Source of the DNA: Asterionella formosa
Lineage: Eukaryota
Direction: 5' to 3'
NCBI GenBank assembly: GCA_002256025.1
Contig: NKIB01014579.1
Span: 1 to 42,522 of the forward strand
DNA: 42,522 bases
The position numbers and the translations under genes were made by a program. The notes under the pieces were generated by a model, which worked only from the letters and a program-made list of their open reading frames with translations, did no database searches and was not told where the DNA came from. Positions 1-10,580 of this stretch are shown here, in pieces (the stretch's first letter is position 1; the number at the start of each line of letters is the position of its first letter).

Positions 1-756
1 GAGTGCCAGAGGCGATTCTTAAGGTAGACAGCATGAACAAGTGCAGCACTCCAGTATGTTGGGGGAAGGCCAGCAGAATAGAGAAGAGAGCGGACCATGA
101 CACCAAATGTGCCATTGAGGCGTTCAACTTTCCCATTTTGATGCGGACTGTCACTGCCAGTGGGTTCCATAATATAACCAGCTGTGGAAGTAACAGTTCG
201 TAAGGCATCAGATCGCCATAGTTCACCGCCTTGATCAACACGGAGAGCACGGTAGCCATCACGAAGACCAAAAGTAGTTAGGAATTTGTGAACAATATCA
301 ACTGGAGGAGATTTGGTAGCAGTTAAGAATACCCATGTAAAACGGGTTTTAGCATCAGTGATTAAGAGATAGGAATTATAGCCATCATATGAATTCACAA
401 TACGGGGAGCACCAACTTGTTTCTGGAAAGATTGAGAACTGGCACGCATGAAACCAAAATCCAAATGAAAGCGGGAGCCAGGAAGGAGATCAGCAACAGA
501 AGTGGTGTGGCCCATGGTGTTACGGCGGGCATGTGCTTGACTGCAGATGGGACAATGATGGAGAGGGTGTATAAGGTGATGGAGATCCAAAGGAAGGCAG
601 GCCTGTGCTGCAATGTGGAAGATGGCGAAGTTGATGCATGCCAGGATGACCAAGTCGTTGATGACACAACTCTGAGCTGAGAATAGGAGATAAGCGGTGT
701 GTGGTGGGCTGAAAGGAAATCTGATTGAAATAAAAGAGATTATTTGATCTAGTCAA
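1..756 (-). mobile_element. Ty1/copia (CoDi-like) pol fragment: GAG-pre-integrase and integrase core, frameshifted, runs off the window start
   Basis: Minus strand reads ELCHQRLGHPG (pre-integrase HH), frameshifts near 560-590, then HCPICSQA...RFHLDFGF...LRVDQGGEL...SPHQNGKVERLNGT...YWSAALVHAVYLKNRLWH (rve D,D,E motifs). Confidence 0.9.
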
Positions 757-966
757 GGGTCAGCATGTCTGCAAGACCGCGGCCACGGTCGGCTTCAAGG
801 CTTTTGAAGCTGATCAGAATTAGCACCTTCATGCACTTGGCTTCTTGCAAAGCAAGCTTGATGTTGACTGCATTTGCAATGTTGATCTCAGGGCCTCTGT
901 TGTCAAAAAACCCAGGGCAGTCGCAATAGGCTAGCACAGGGTAACCGAGGTCTGCTGCTATCTGGG
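757..966 (-). pseudogene. Isolated internal fragment of a P-loop GTPase gene (G3 region)
   Basis: QIAADLGYPVLAYCDCPGFFDNRGPEINIANAVNIK...VLILIS contains a DxPG G3 motif followed by a hydrophobic strand. No G1 motif; both ends are truncated. Confidence 0.65.
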
Positions 967-997
967 CCTAACCCTAACCCTAACCCTAACCCAAACC
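967..997 (+). repeat. Interstitial telomeric repeat, about 5 CCCTAA units
   Basis: cctaa ccctaa ccctaa ccctaa cccaaa cc. Confidence 0.9.
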
Positions 998-1900
998 TAC
1001 GTCAAGGAAACTCTGGAGAGAGTGAAAACCATGCTAGGCCGGAAGGACCTTGGCAAGGATGACACACCTATCTCACCAACATTCCATCCAGAGCTAGACA
1101 ATTCACAACTACTAGACGTCGACCAACACAGGTTGTACCAACAACTAGTTGGAATAGCCCAGTGGTTGATAACATGTGGTAGGCTTGATCTTTGCTATGC
1201 CATTTCGTCTTTAAGTCGATTCAGCTCTGCACCGCGGATAAAACATCTAAATGCACTGGAGCGAGTATTCAAGTATATTAACAAGAATAGAGCACTGGCG
1301 ATTAAGATAAATCCGGAAAACTATGTCTTACCAAAGCATGACATCATGTACGAGAGCGCAGATTGGACTGAGCAGTACCCGGGAGCAATCGAAGAAATGG
1401 ATGAGAAATTCCCTATCCCACTAGGGAAGGAACTTAGCACAACCATATACTTTGATTCAGACCACGCCCATGATCAGAAAACGAGACGCTCTATTACTGG
1501 GATGATTGCCTTTATAGGATCTACCCCAGTAACATGGGCATCGAAGCGTCAAGGGGCCATAGCAACTAGCACTTACACTGCAGAGCTATGTGCGGGTAGA
1601 ACGGCTGCTGAGGAAGCCATCAGCATTAGATACATGCTGAGATCTTTAGGGGTGCCCGTGACGACACGAACGCTATTATTGGGAGACAACCTAGGCTCGC
1701 TCCAAAGTACCTCGAATCCTGGGTCTGAATGTCATAAGAAACATAGTATGGTTAATTACCACTGTGTGCAAGAGTGTTGTGCATCTGGAATCATCCAACT
1801 TGCGAAGGTAGACACTAAGTTGAATCTTAGCGATGGCTTTACCAAAGCTATCGAGAAGTCTATCTACCTTGATCATAGAAGATGCCATTTTGCAGCGTGA
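992..1900 (+). mobile_element. Ty1/copia (CoDi-like) reverse transcriptase C-terminus and RNase H, 5'-truncated
   Basis: QTYVKE...YQQLVGIAQW...GRLDLCYAISSLSRF...YFDSDHAHD...RRSITG...WASKRQ...STYTAE...GDN...NLSDGFTK. A purine-rich PPT-like gaggggtgg lies near 1966-1974. Confidence 0.95.
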
Positions 1901-2866
1901 CATATCTGATAACGAGGCAATGTGGTAGATTCATCATTACGTTAGAGGCACTACGTCCATAGCTTGAGGGGTGGTCAGGTACTATGTAAAACTTACCGGT
2001 TCATTTTTGTCAGCTTAACTTTGAGAGAAGGTCAACTTTTTGTCAGTTTTGTTCCAACAGAAGTGAATAGGTCCAACGAGCGACAAGAGCACTTACGCAA
2101 TTTGGTTTGGTTTTGTTTTACATTGGTGCTCCCCAACAAGCGAAACGAGCTGTTGAATCAACTGAGAAAACAGGAAATGTGCGTTTAGTTAACAATTTGT
2201 TGTTGTGCTGCCTGCCTCCCAACGATTGTCATCCAAGTACCACATTGATGGCTTCATTACCTTAATCATTCTCCCTTCTTTGAATGCGCAATGTGTCGAA
2301 GCCACAATGTTTTTCGTTATGTATTGCGAAAATTTTCTTTTCTTGTCATGTGCTTTACTACGACGTATCTTTTCATGAAGCAGCAGGCATTGTTTGTTAA
2401 CATGACAGAACGATTTCAAAAATATATATGCCATGAATATAGTAATAAAATTTGTAAATATATATATATATATATTAAGTGTTATACATTTATAAAATTC
2501 AAAGGCGCTCTCGATATGGAACATCTGATATGGTTGAGATGATCATACTCGCATATACATAATTCGAAAATACTCAATGCACTATTTGTCCATTGTTTTC
2601 CATGACTACGTGTACCGGTATTGTTTCTGAAAATTGTTTGCATTGATATTTTCTACGTCCGTTGAAACTAATTATTTAGACCGTTCAAATGCCGCAAGGG
2701 TTTTGGTAGCAAATTGTTTAAGCCCCTTTTTTGGTTGGGAGCTCTTCATGTGTACCGGTTCATCATAAACTATGACAATAACAATATATCATATATATAT
2801 ATACAGAGTACCAGTAGCAGGTAGTAAGTGATATACTGGGGGTAGTCGGAGTAGTAAACTAGCAAC

Positions 2867-3105
2867 AGAACACCATATGTTCAGGACTGTTGCTACTGCA
2901 GTGGGACAGTAAATCATCATAGTTTTAGGATCATATGATCGTAAAACTAAAACCAAATAGGACACCATTTGTTCAGGACTGTTGCTACTGCAGTGGGACA
3001 GTAAATCATCATAGTTTTAGGATCATATGATCGTAAAACTAAAACCAAATAGAACACCATATGTTCAGGACTGCTGATACTGCAGTGGGGCAGTAAACCA
3101 TCATA
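2867..3105. repeat. Tandem repeat, 92-bp unit, about 2.6 copies, with an internal palindrome
   Basis: Units start at 2867, 2959 and 3051 (agaacaccatatgttcaggactg...). Confidence 0.95.
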
Positions 3106-3642
3106 GGACAGGCATCCAAAAGGGCCCTGATAACCACCACATTGGCCCCTTCTTCTACTCCAAGGTACAACAGAGTCTTTTGCGTAGTGGCTGGTGTTGC
3201 ACCTTTGCAGCTTCAGGACAAGCTTTCAACTGGGCTTCAATAACATCCAGCCCAATAGGAATGAAATGACAGTCCGAGAAAGAGCGAAGCCAACAGGTAC
3301 ACGAATTGAATTGAAGTATCATACATATTGAGCAATGATCCGTCGGACGAATTACATCAAGAAAGGGTTGGCGATAGTGGTTGCTATCCACTAGCCGACC
3401 CGGCGCTGGCTCACAGGACTTGAACATATACATGTGCTTAACAGTACATGACGAATTAATTCAATGTTCAAGTAGATGTTCAAGACCTGGATACATGTGC
3501 TTTCTGTAGGCAATTTAGTCGGGGGAAGACACTTCAAGGCGGCGAAAAGAACCAACCTGTAGTCAAGCATGGCGCACCAATCACGATCGGTGGATACCGG
3601 TGATTCTAAACTATCATTACCCTTGTACCTGGTACTGGAACT

Positions 3643-3679
3643 CCCTCACCCTAATCCTAACCATAACCCTAACCCTAAC
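3643..3679 (+). repeat. Degenerate interstitial telomeric repeat, 6 units
   Basis: ccctca ccctaa tcctaa ccataa ccctaa ccctaa. Confidence 0.8.
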
Positions 3680-5025
3680 AGATCTGGATAAATCCTTTAC
3701 GAGATCACGCAGCAGCCACACATGGCAGCTCTATCGAAATCTTGCTTTTGAGGTGGCCCAACTTTGGCCTTTTGTGGGGGCTCCTGTGCAGTGGCAGCAC
3801 ATTTGAAATCAGTACAGGTCACCAGTTCAAATCTACAAAGGTACAAGATACAATTACATTATACTGTACAGTAAAAAAAGGCTCTCTTCTCTGTCTACGG
3901 AGGACATGCTACCGGATAGAACAACGAGGTACCAGGTACCACGTACCAATACGGCCAATATTACTCCGTGCCTGTGACTAAACAGATGTCCTGGTACCAG
4001 ACCCCAGGTACCAGGTACCAGGTAAGGCCCAGGACAATGGAGAGATTTCCCTTATGTAGAGCATCGCCACCGCATCGACCAAATACCAAAGCCAATTGCA
4101 GTTGAAAATATCAATACACATCACTTGGTTGAGAAATCTTTTATCAATAGTCGAATTACCTTAAGGTTGCGGCCCCAGCTTAACCCTAGTTCGTAGAAAA
4201 CATCGCTAGGGTTGTAAAAACGGCGTGGAACAGGGAGTTTCCTACTATGAACTCCCACGATTCGAGTGCCCATTTGAATATTTGAATTAAAATGGAATCG
4301 GCGCCAGATTGATAGAATTCCATTAAAAAATGATATTCAAACATTTATACTATTTCTTCGTTGCTGAATGTAGACATAATTTTACTCAACACCAAAACAA
4401 AAATAAATTAGGAGTATGCCAACATGTATGCTCATGGCTCGTGTTTATACGTTTATATTGAATCTACGTTGCTGAATGTAGTTTCAATATCACTCCACGC
4501 ACAAAGGTATATACCGGTGTGTGAATCAGTACCAGTACCGGAGTCCCAGAGTAATGGTATTTCGGTACTCAGAGTGCCAGGTACCAGTAGTACACAATAT
4601 TGGTTCATCATGATGAAGGACAGGATGTACTACTGGTGGTAGTACCGGTACTGATTTTACCAACCAGTATTCAGTACATCCAATACATGTGGCTCAAGTG
4701 TGGCTGGCGAGAATTTACAAGCTCTTCAGCGAATCGGGAGCAGGTGAATAAAACCAATTCAACCAATCAGAAGTTGTGTAGGGACGCGGGAACTTACCCT
4801 GGAGTCTTTTCGGACTGAGAATTATTCAGCGAAACATACCTACGCAAGACTCCACGTATACGAGAACGTTTTTGCACGTACAAATTCTGATTCCAATATT
4901 TTGGCGACTGTTGAAAAAGCCGATCGGGTCGACTTTTTGGAGGAGGATTGCGCTACATCTACGGGGTTTCATGAAGAATGAAATAGATAGCCTTGTACCC
5001 TATAACGTCAGGAGTTAACTTTTGC

Positions 5026-5134
5026 AGAGAAGTGGCAGTTATCCCTCGTAGATTTTTTTAAAAGCTTGATGGCCCCCTTTTTTTCCTTTTTTTTGGATAG
5101 TTACGATTCCAAGAGGGATAACTGCCACTTCTCT
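5026..5134. repeat. Perfect 22-bp inverted repeat with 65-bp spacer (hairpin or mini-MITE)
   Basis: agagaagtggcagttatccctc (5026-5047) and gagggataactgccacttctct (5113-5134). Confidence 0.9.
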
Positions 5135-5902
5135 CCAGAAATGAGCAGAAATGAGGTCCTTACCATATCTGTATATAGATCATACCCCTAAGTCGAGGAA
5201 TGACTGTATCTAAGCATATGTAAAGTGGTCGTATTGGTGAAAGCTAAATTTACCTTTAACTATTTTATTTCCTTGCAGGTACTGTGTAGATTAACGTACA
5301 TAATAAAATTATTTTGGAAAAACACAGACCTTGTGATGTGTAACAGCGGGGCCGCAACCCTAAGAGATATGCATAACATAATAATGTATAACATTCTTAC
5401 ATGACCATCACTCTGGTAAGTACAACAAAGTGCACTTCTACATATTGATATCAAAAGACAAACAACCGGGACTTTTCCCAAACAGGGTTGAAAAAGAGAA
5501 AACTATTCGTAAATTCAACTGCCCATTGGCATTTGCACCACAATTGCACCACCGATTGCACCACTGTTACTTAGAGAAACCAAAATTGCACCATCAGACT
5601 ATCCATATATCAAATCCGTGCTACGGCCTGCACTACCGTAGTGATATTTTCTACATAGGATCACGATCAGATTCATATAAGATATGTATTTTGTAGCAGC
5701 CAACGGCAAAAGGCTACCCGGTTCATAAAAGTAATAGGACATACCGGTACTAGTAAGTATTGCTAGCATTTTGTATCATATACCGGTATATAGGTTACTA
5801 CCGGTAATGAATTTTTAACTACCGGTAAGGCACTCCTTGCTGACGTCATATTGTCGCTGCACCACATTGCACCACCATAGACCTACTGGTACCTGTTACC
5901 GG

Positions 5903-6095
5903 TAGTAGAAACACTACATTCATAGAAGCTAGCTACCGTACCGGTAGCTAGTTTACCCACTACATTTCTTCATTGACGAGAGTTGGTGTTTGTCCCTCTA
6001 GAAAATGGGAATTTCGGTTGATTGTTGGATTTCAGCCGTTCAGCAGCCCAGCCAACACGACTGCATCGGACAGTTCTCCTCCAAATTTACGACAC
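5903..6095 (+). repeat. Left arm of a ~190-bp inverted repeat; partner at 15815-15998
   Basis: Contains gtccctctagaaaatgggaatttcggttgattgttggatttcagc, whose reverse complement is at about 15871-15915. Confidence 0.9.
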
Positions 6096-6902
6096 TCTTT
6101 TGTGAACTTTTGCGAACTTCGCGTTCTTTTGCGGTCATTTGGGAAAACGTGATGCGAGGTCGATTTTAGATAAAAAAACAGTTTTTGTACGTTACTTTTC
6201 GGACTTCAGAGTTTCTGTCAACTCCCTGCCCGGAATGATGAGCAACAATGACCGTCGGGGTCATTTACTCCATATTAAATTTAGGTGTGTATATATATTG
6301 GACTAAACTTCCACCTTTTAAGAATTATTACGGTACCAGGTACCAGCTATATATCAGTAGGTGTACCAGGTAAAACTACGAGAACTTCTCCAATAAATGT
6401 ACCTCCTGTGCATATAAAATGATACTGGTATATTCAGGACACAGTAAAGCTCGTAAATTCTCAAAATGTCTTTATGATCTCATTCGTCATGAAACAACGT
6501 CTTCTATACAAGATCCATCGTCCTGTTACCCGTTACGAAAGTTTTATGTATAATCAATTAGATATCCATACAGGAATACTGGTAAAACACTCCACAACAA
6601 AAGCCTTTTTTCATCACGACTATAAAATGCAGTCAAGTGCATACTAATTATCACGTACATATGTATATATATATATAATCATCACGTTGGACAAAAATTC
6701 CAGGATAGAAATGTGCTACGAATAGTATGACTGAATGAACATAGAGCTTGCTTGTACTGTAGAATTCCGAGAGAGGCAGTGGAAGAACTCAAGAATTACC
6801 GGTAGTTCAAACACGACCAGGACAAAAAAAATCAACAGGCAAATCAAAGCATGTAAAATTCGGAGGAGGCGGCCGGTAAAACAATCCTCAAATCAGTCCA
6901 AC

Positions 6903-8040
6903 ATGGGGAATGTCGCCTCACTAGCAGCTGCACTATTTCCACTTAAACTTGCCCATGAACACCATCAGCATGAAGCTCCAATTTTAAGTGAGCATGGTGT
7001 ACAAGCAGAGCTCATTAGGAATGGATTCTGTCTTCATCATGCAGACATTCAGCTTCGCAAAAAGAATTTGCTTGGAGGTTGGAAGACTGTGCGAGACAGC
7101 TGCCCTAATTGCGATCAAGAACGTAGGAATAATCAAGGGGCTAGTACCACTTCAATTTCGTCACCGATTGCTACAATTCTTTCAAAGATGCAAATGAATG
7201 AACGGAAGGATGACATTCAAAAAGAAGGTCTCATGGAGCTTGCGAACTTGGCTGCGAATAATGACAACAACAGTGTGACAATTGCTGCAGAAGGAGGTAT
7301 CACTACGATTCTGTCTGCGATGAAGACTCATTCCTCCAATGCTAATGTACAACAATATGGTTGTGCAGCTCTTCAGAAGTTGGCTTTGAATAATGGCAAC
7401 AAGGTGAAAATTGCTGAAGCAGGAGGTATCACTATGATTCTGTCCGCATTGAAGACTCATTCCTCCAATGCTAAGGTGCAAGAAAATGGTTGTGGAGCAC
7501 TTATGAACTTGACTTTTAATGACAACAACAGTGTGAAAATTGCTGAAGCAGGAGGTATCACTACGATTCTGTCTGCAATGAAGACTCATTCCTCCAATGC
7601 TACTTTGCAAGAAAATGGTTGTGGAGCACTTGGCTGTCAATGACAAAAACCAGGTGACGATTGCTAATGCAAAATGTATTCCTAGGATTGTGTCTGCAAT
7701 GAAGACTCATTCCTCCAATGCTACTGTGCAACACTTTGGTTGTGGAGCACTTTGTGTTTTGGCTTCAAAGAATTATAAAAACAGGGTGACGATTGTTCAA
7801 GCAGGAGGTATCACTACGATTCTGGCTGCAATGGAGAATCATACAAACAATGCTACTGTGCAAGAAAAAGGTTGTGGAGCACTTCAGAACTTGGCTGTGA
7901 ATGACTGCAACAAGGTGGAAATTGTTGAAGCAGGAGGTATTGCTGCGATTCAGGCTGCAATGGCGAATCATCAAAACAATGCTGATGTGCAAGAAAAAGG
8001 TAAAGACACACTTAACATATTGAACCAAAGTGGATCATGA
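6903..8040 (+). pseudogene. Armadillo-repeat protein (aardvark-like repeats) with a Cys/His N-terminal domain; one frameshift near 7630
   Basis: MGNVAS start, then CLHHADIQLRKKNLLGGWKTVRDSCPNC, then 42-43 aa repeats (IAEAGGITTILSAMKTHSSNAxVQExGCGALxNL). gcacttggct at about 7626 lacks 8 nt relative to gcacttcagaacttggct in a sister repeat. Confidence 0.88.
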
Positions 8041-8212
8041 TCATTATGGTAATATTTAGGAGGATCAATCAGTATTTATTTTCGTAATTACACAACTGTT
8101 ACATTTGATAATCAATATGTATACTTTTTGTTCAACTGCAACTTGGAATTTACTTTTATGCTCTTCTTTATTGTTTTTTTGAGGAAGGAAGAAAAAATTG
8201 GAGTACTGGTAC

Positions 8213-8262
8213 TTTATCCTCCATAAATTCTGTTCTCATGTGTTGTCTTTTTGAGACTGTTG
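8213..8262 (+). repeat. Orphan copy of the 5' leader found in front of the LRR genes
   Basis: atcctccataaattctgttctc...gtctttttgagactgttg matches about 30964-31021, 34211-34254 and 38118-38175. No LRR coding sequence follows. Confidence 0.65.
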
Positions 8263-8397
8263 GAACTTATCCACTTGCTGAGAGGCTAGTACAGTTGATA
8301 GATTTTAGGAAACCTGCAAGGATTGCGAATGGCTAGTGTAGATGATTTAAACCAGTGTTGTAAATTATCAGTTCTAGAAATTCTGACTAGTATCATG

Positions 8398-10540
8398 TCT
8401 GCAAATAAAAACTATCATATTCCCATAATGCATCATAGGATTGTGATCATCTGATCATAATATTTCGTTATATCATCTAATAATTTTGATAGATGCCCTT
8501 GTAATTTAAATAGTAACCCTTTTGACTATTTTTATTTAATTATTATTATATTTTTTGTTTCTATTAGATTCCTGAATTTGAATTTCTTGGTAGGATAATG
8601 TACCAGCTAAAGTAATGTAATTTGGCTCATCATTTCCATCTGTCATCACTCTAATTTTTGCAAGAACAACGAAAAACTAGCGATGATAAGTGGAATGATT
8701 GTTTGCGATAACGTTTTCAATTGTTGGTCAAGTGATCATTTTATCTTTGAGTACTCGTCATGTGCAGTGAACCTATGTTCATAATCAATCAATTAAGAGT
8801 TTACAGAGAAGAAATCATTCGAACTTGGAATGGTTCCACACACAGAGAACAAGGTGAATCCGTTTCATCGACCAGCAGCATTACAATCGCGCCAATCAAT
8901 TCGGAAACAAACGCATTCTACTTGTTCTTGTTGAAATTTTCAATTCTCACGTGATACTACATCTACTATTGAGATTCAGCATAGAAGGAGATGATACGAA
9001 AATGTATCAGACTACTGTCCATATAGTAGTTACAGTTATAGAATGATTCTGATTACAATTTCTTTTTCATATTCCTTGTTTCCGCATTTGGGATGCTGTA
9101 CTTGTAACTGTTGAACTTGTCCGCATCTTTGTTACCATCAAGAGAGCAACAGCAAGTGGCTCGCTTCATTGTTCTTGTTTGCTCATGGAAAACCCGCCTG
9201 GTATCCATATCATCAACAATAGAGGGACAAATGTCCTTCATCATTGTGGTTTGCCACTGGAATAATTGGTACCCATATCGTCATTTGCTGGTTGGGAACC
9301 ACTGTCCATTGCCTCAAACCTGCTTACTGTGGTGTGTGTATGTACTATGTCGAATTGTGTACATTACAGCAGTGACTTCGTCTGCAAAAAAAACTATCAT
9401 ATTTCCATGATGCATCATAGGATTGTGATCATCTGATCATAATATTTCGTTATATCATCTAATAATTTTGATAGATGCCCTTGTAATTTAAATAGTAACC
9501 CTTTTGACTACAGATATTTAATTATTATATGTATTGTTTCTATTTGATTCCTGAATTTGAATTTCTTGGTAGGATAATGTACCAGCTAAAGTAATGTAAT
9601 TTGGCTCGTCATTTCCACCTGTCATCACCCCGATTTTTGCAACAACAACGAAATACTAGCAATGACAAGCGGAATGAAAGTTTGCGATAACGTCTTCAAT
9701 TTGTTGGTCAAGTGATCATTATATCTTCGAGTAATCGTCATGTGCAGTGAACCTTTGTTCATAATCATTCAATTACGAGTTTACAGGAGAGAAGAAACCA
9801 TTCAAACTCGTTATGGTTCCGCACACAGCGCACAAAGTATATCCGTTTTGTCGACTTCAGCATGACAATTTCACCAATCAACCCGAAAACAAACACATTC
9901 TACTTGTTCTTGTTGACATTTTCAATTCTCACATGATACAATATTTACTATTGAGATTCAGCATAGAAGGAGATACGAAAATGTGCGTAACAGACTACTG
10001 TCCACATAGCTATAGTTATAGAATGATTCTGATTAGAACGCATTTCATTTTCATATCGCTTGCTCGTTTCTGCATTTGGCATACTGTACTTGAATTAACT
10101 ATTGAACTTGTCCGCATCTTTGATACCATCAAGAGAGCGAAAGCAAGTGGCTCTTTTCATTGTCGTTTGCTTTAGGAAAAATTTGATATCCATATCGTCA
10201 TTTGCTTATTGGAATTGTCCATTGCCTCAAAACTGCTTGGCGTGTGCGTACACGCACTGTTGACTTGTTTTCATTGGTATGTTGTTCTTGTATTCACTGT
10301 TGAACTTGTCCGCATCTTTGTTACCATCAATAGAGCGACAAGTGGGTTTCTTCATTGTTGTTTGCTCCTGGAAAAGTCGGTGTCCGTGTCATCCTCATCA
10401 ATAGAGAGACAAGTTCTTTCGTTGGAAAAATTGGTACCGTATCATCATTCGCTCGTTCGAACCGCTGTCCGTTGCCTCAAACCTGATTAGCGTGTGAGTA
10501 TGTGCACTGTCGACTTGTGTACATTACAGGCGGAGTGACT
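8398..10540. repeat. Diverged tandem duplication of a ~980-bp unit plus a partial third copy
   Basis: tctgcaaa..aaactatcatatt..cat.atgcatcataggattgtgatc at 8398 and 9381. ctgttgaacttgtccgcatcttt-like motif near 9108, 10099 and 10297. Confidence 0.9.
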
Positions 10541-10580
10541 TGTTAGCTACTAAATTGCGTGATACAATAATATACCCCAT

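Noticed and set aside
1..1900. Single intact copia element
   Set aside because: Integrase and RT are on opposite strands and are separated by unrelated sequence.
1975..2400. 3' LTR of the copia RT fragment
   Set aside because: No clear TG...CA boundaries and no second copy in the window.
2867..3105. CRISPR-like array
   Set aside because: The units are near-identical along their whole length with no unique spacers, there are no cas genes, and the context is eukaryotic.
3105..3433. Ankyrin-like remnant (LDVIEAQLKACPEAAKVQ)
   Set aside because: The resemblance covers under 20 residues in degraded sequence, which is too weak to call.
5742..5946. TACCGGTA cluster as a transcription-factor site array or restriction-modification signal
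   Set aside because: Not excluded but disfavoured. The motifs occur as indels between duplicates and inside dead TEs, and they match pogo termini.
6735..6902. N-terminal extension of the ARM ORF
   Set aside because: Not conserved as protein in the paralog. Both copies share an MGN start, and the region carries footprint-like indels.
7182..8028. Antisense repetitive ORFs over the ARM genes (also 23025-23546)
   Set aside because: They are shadows of the ARM repeat coding strand.
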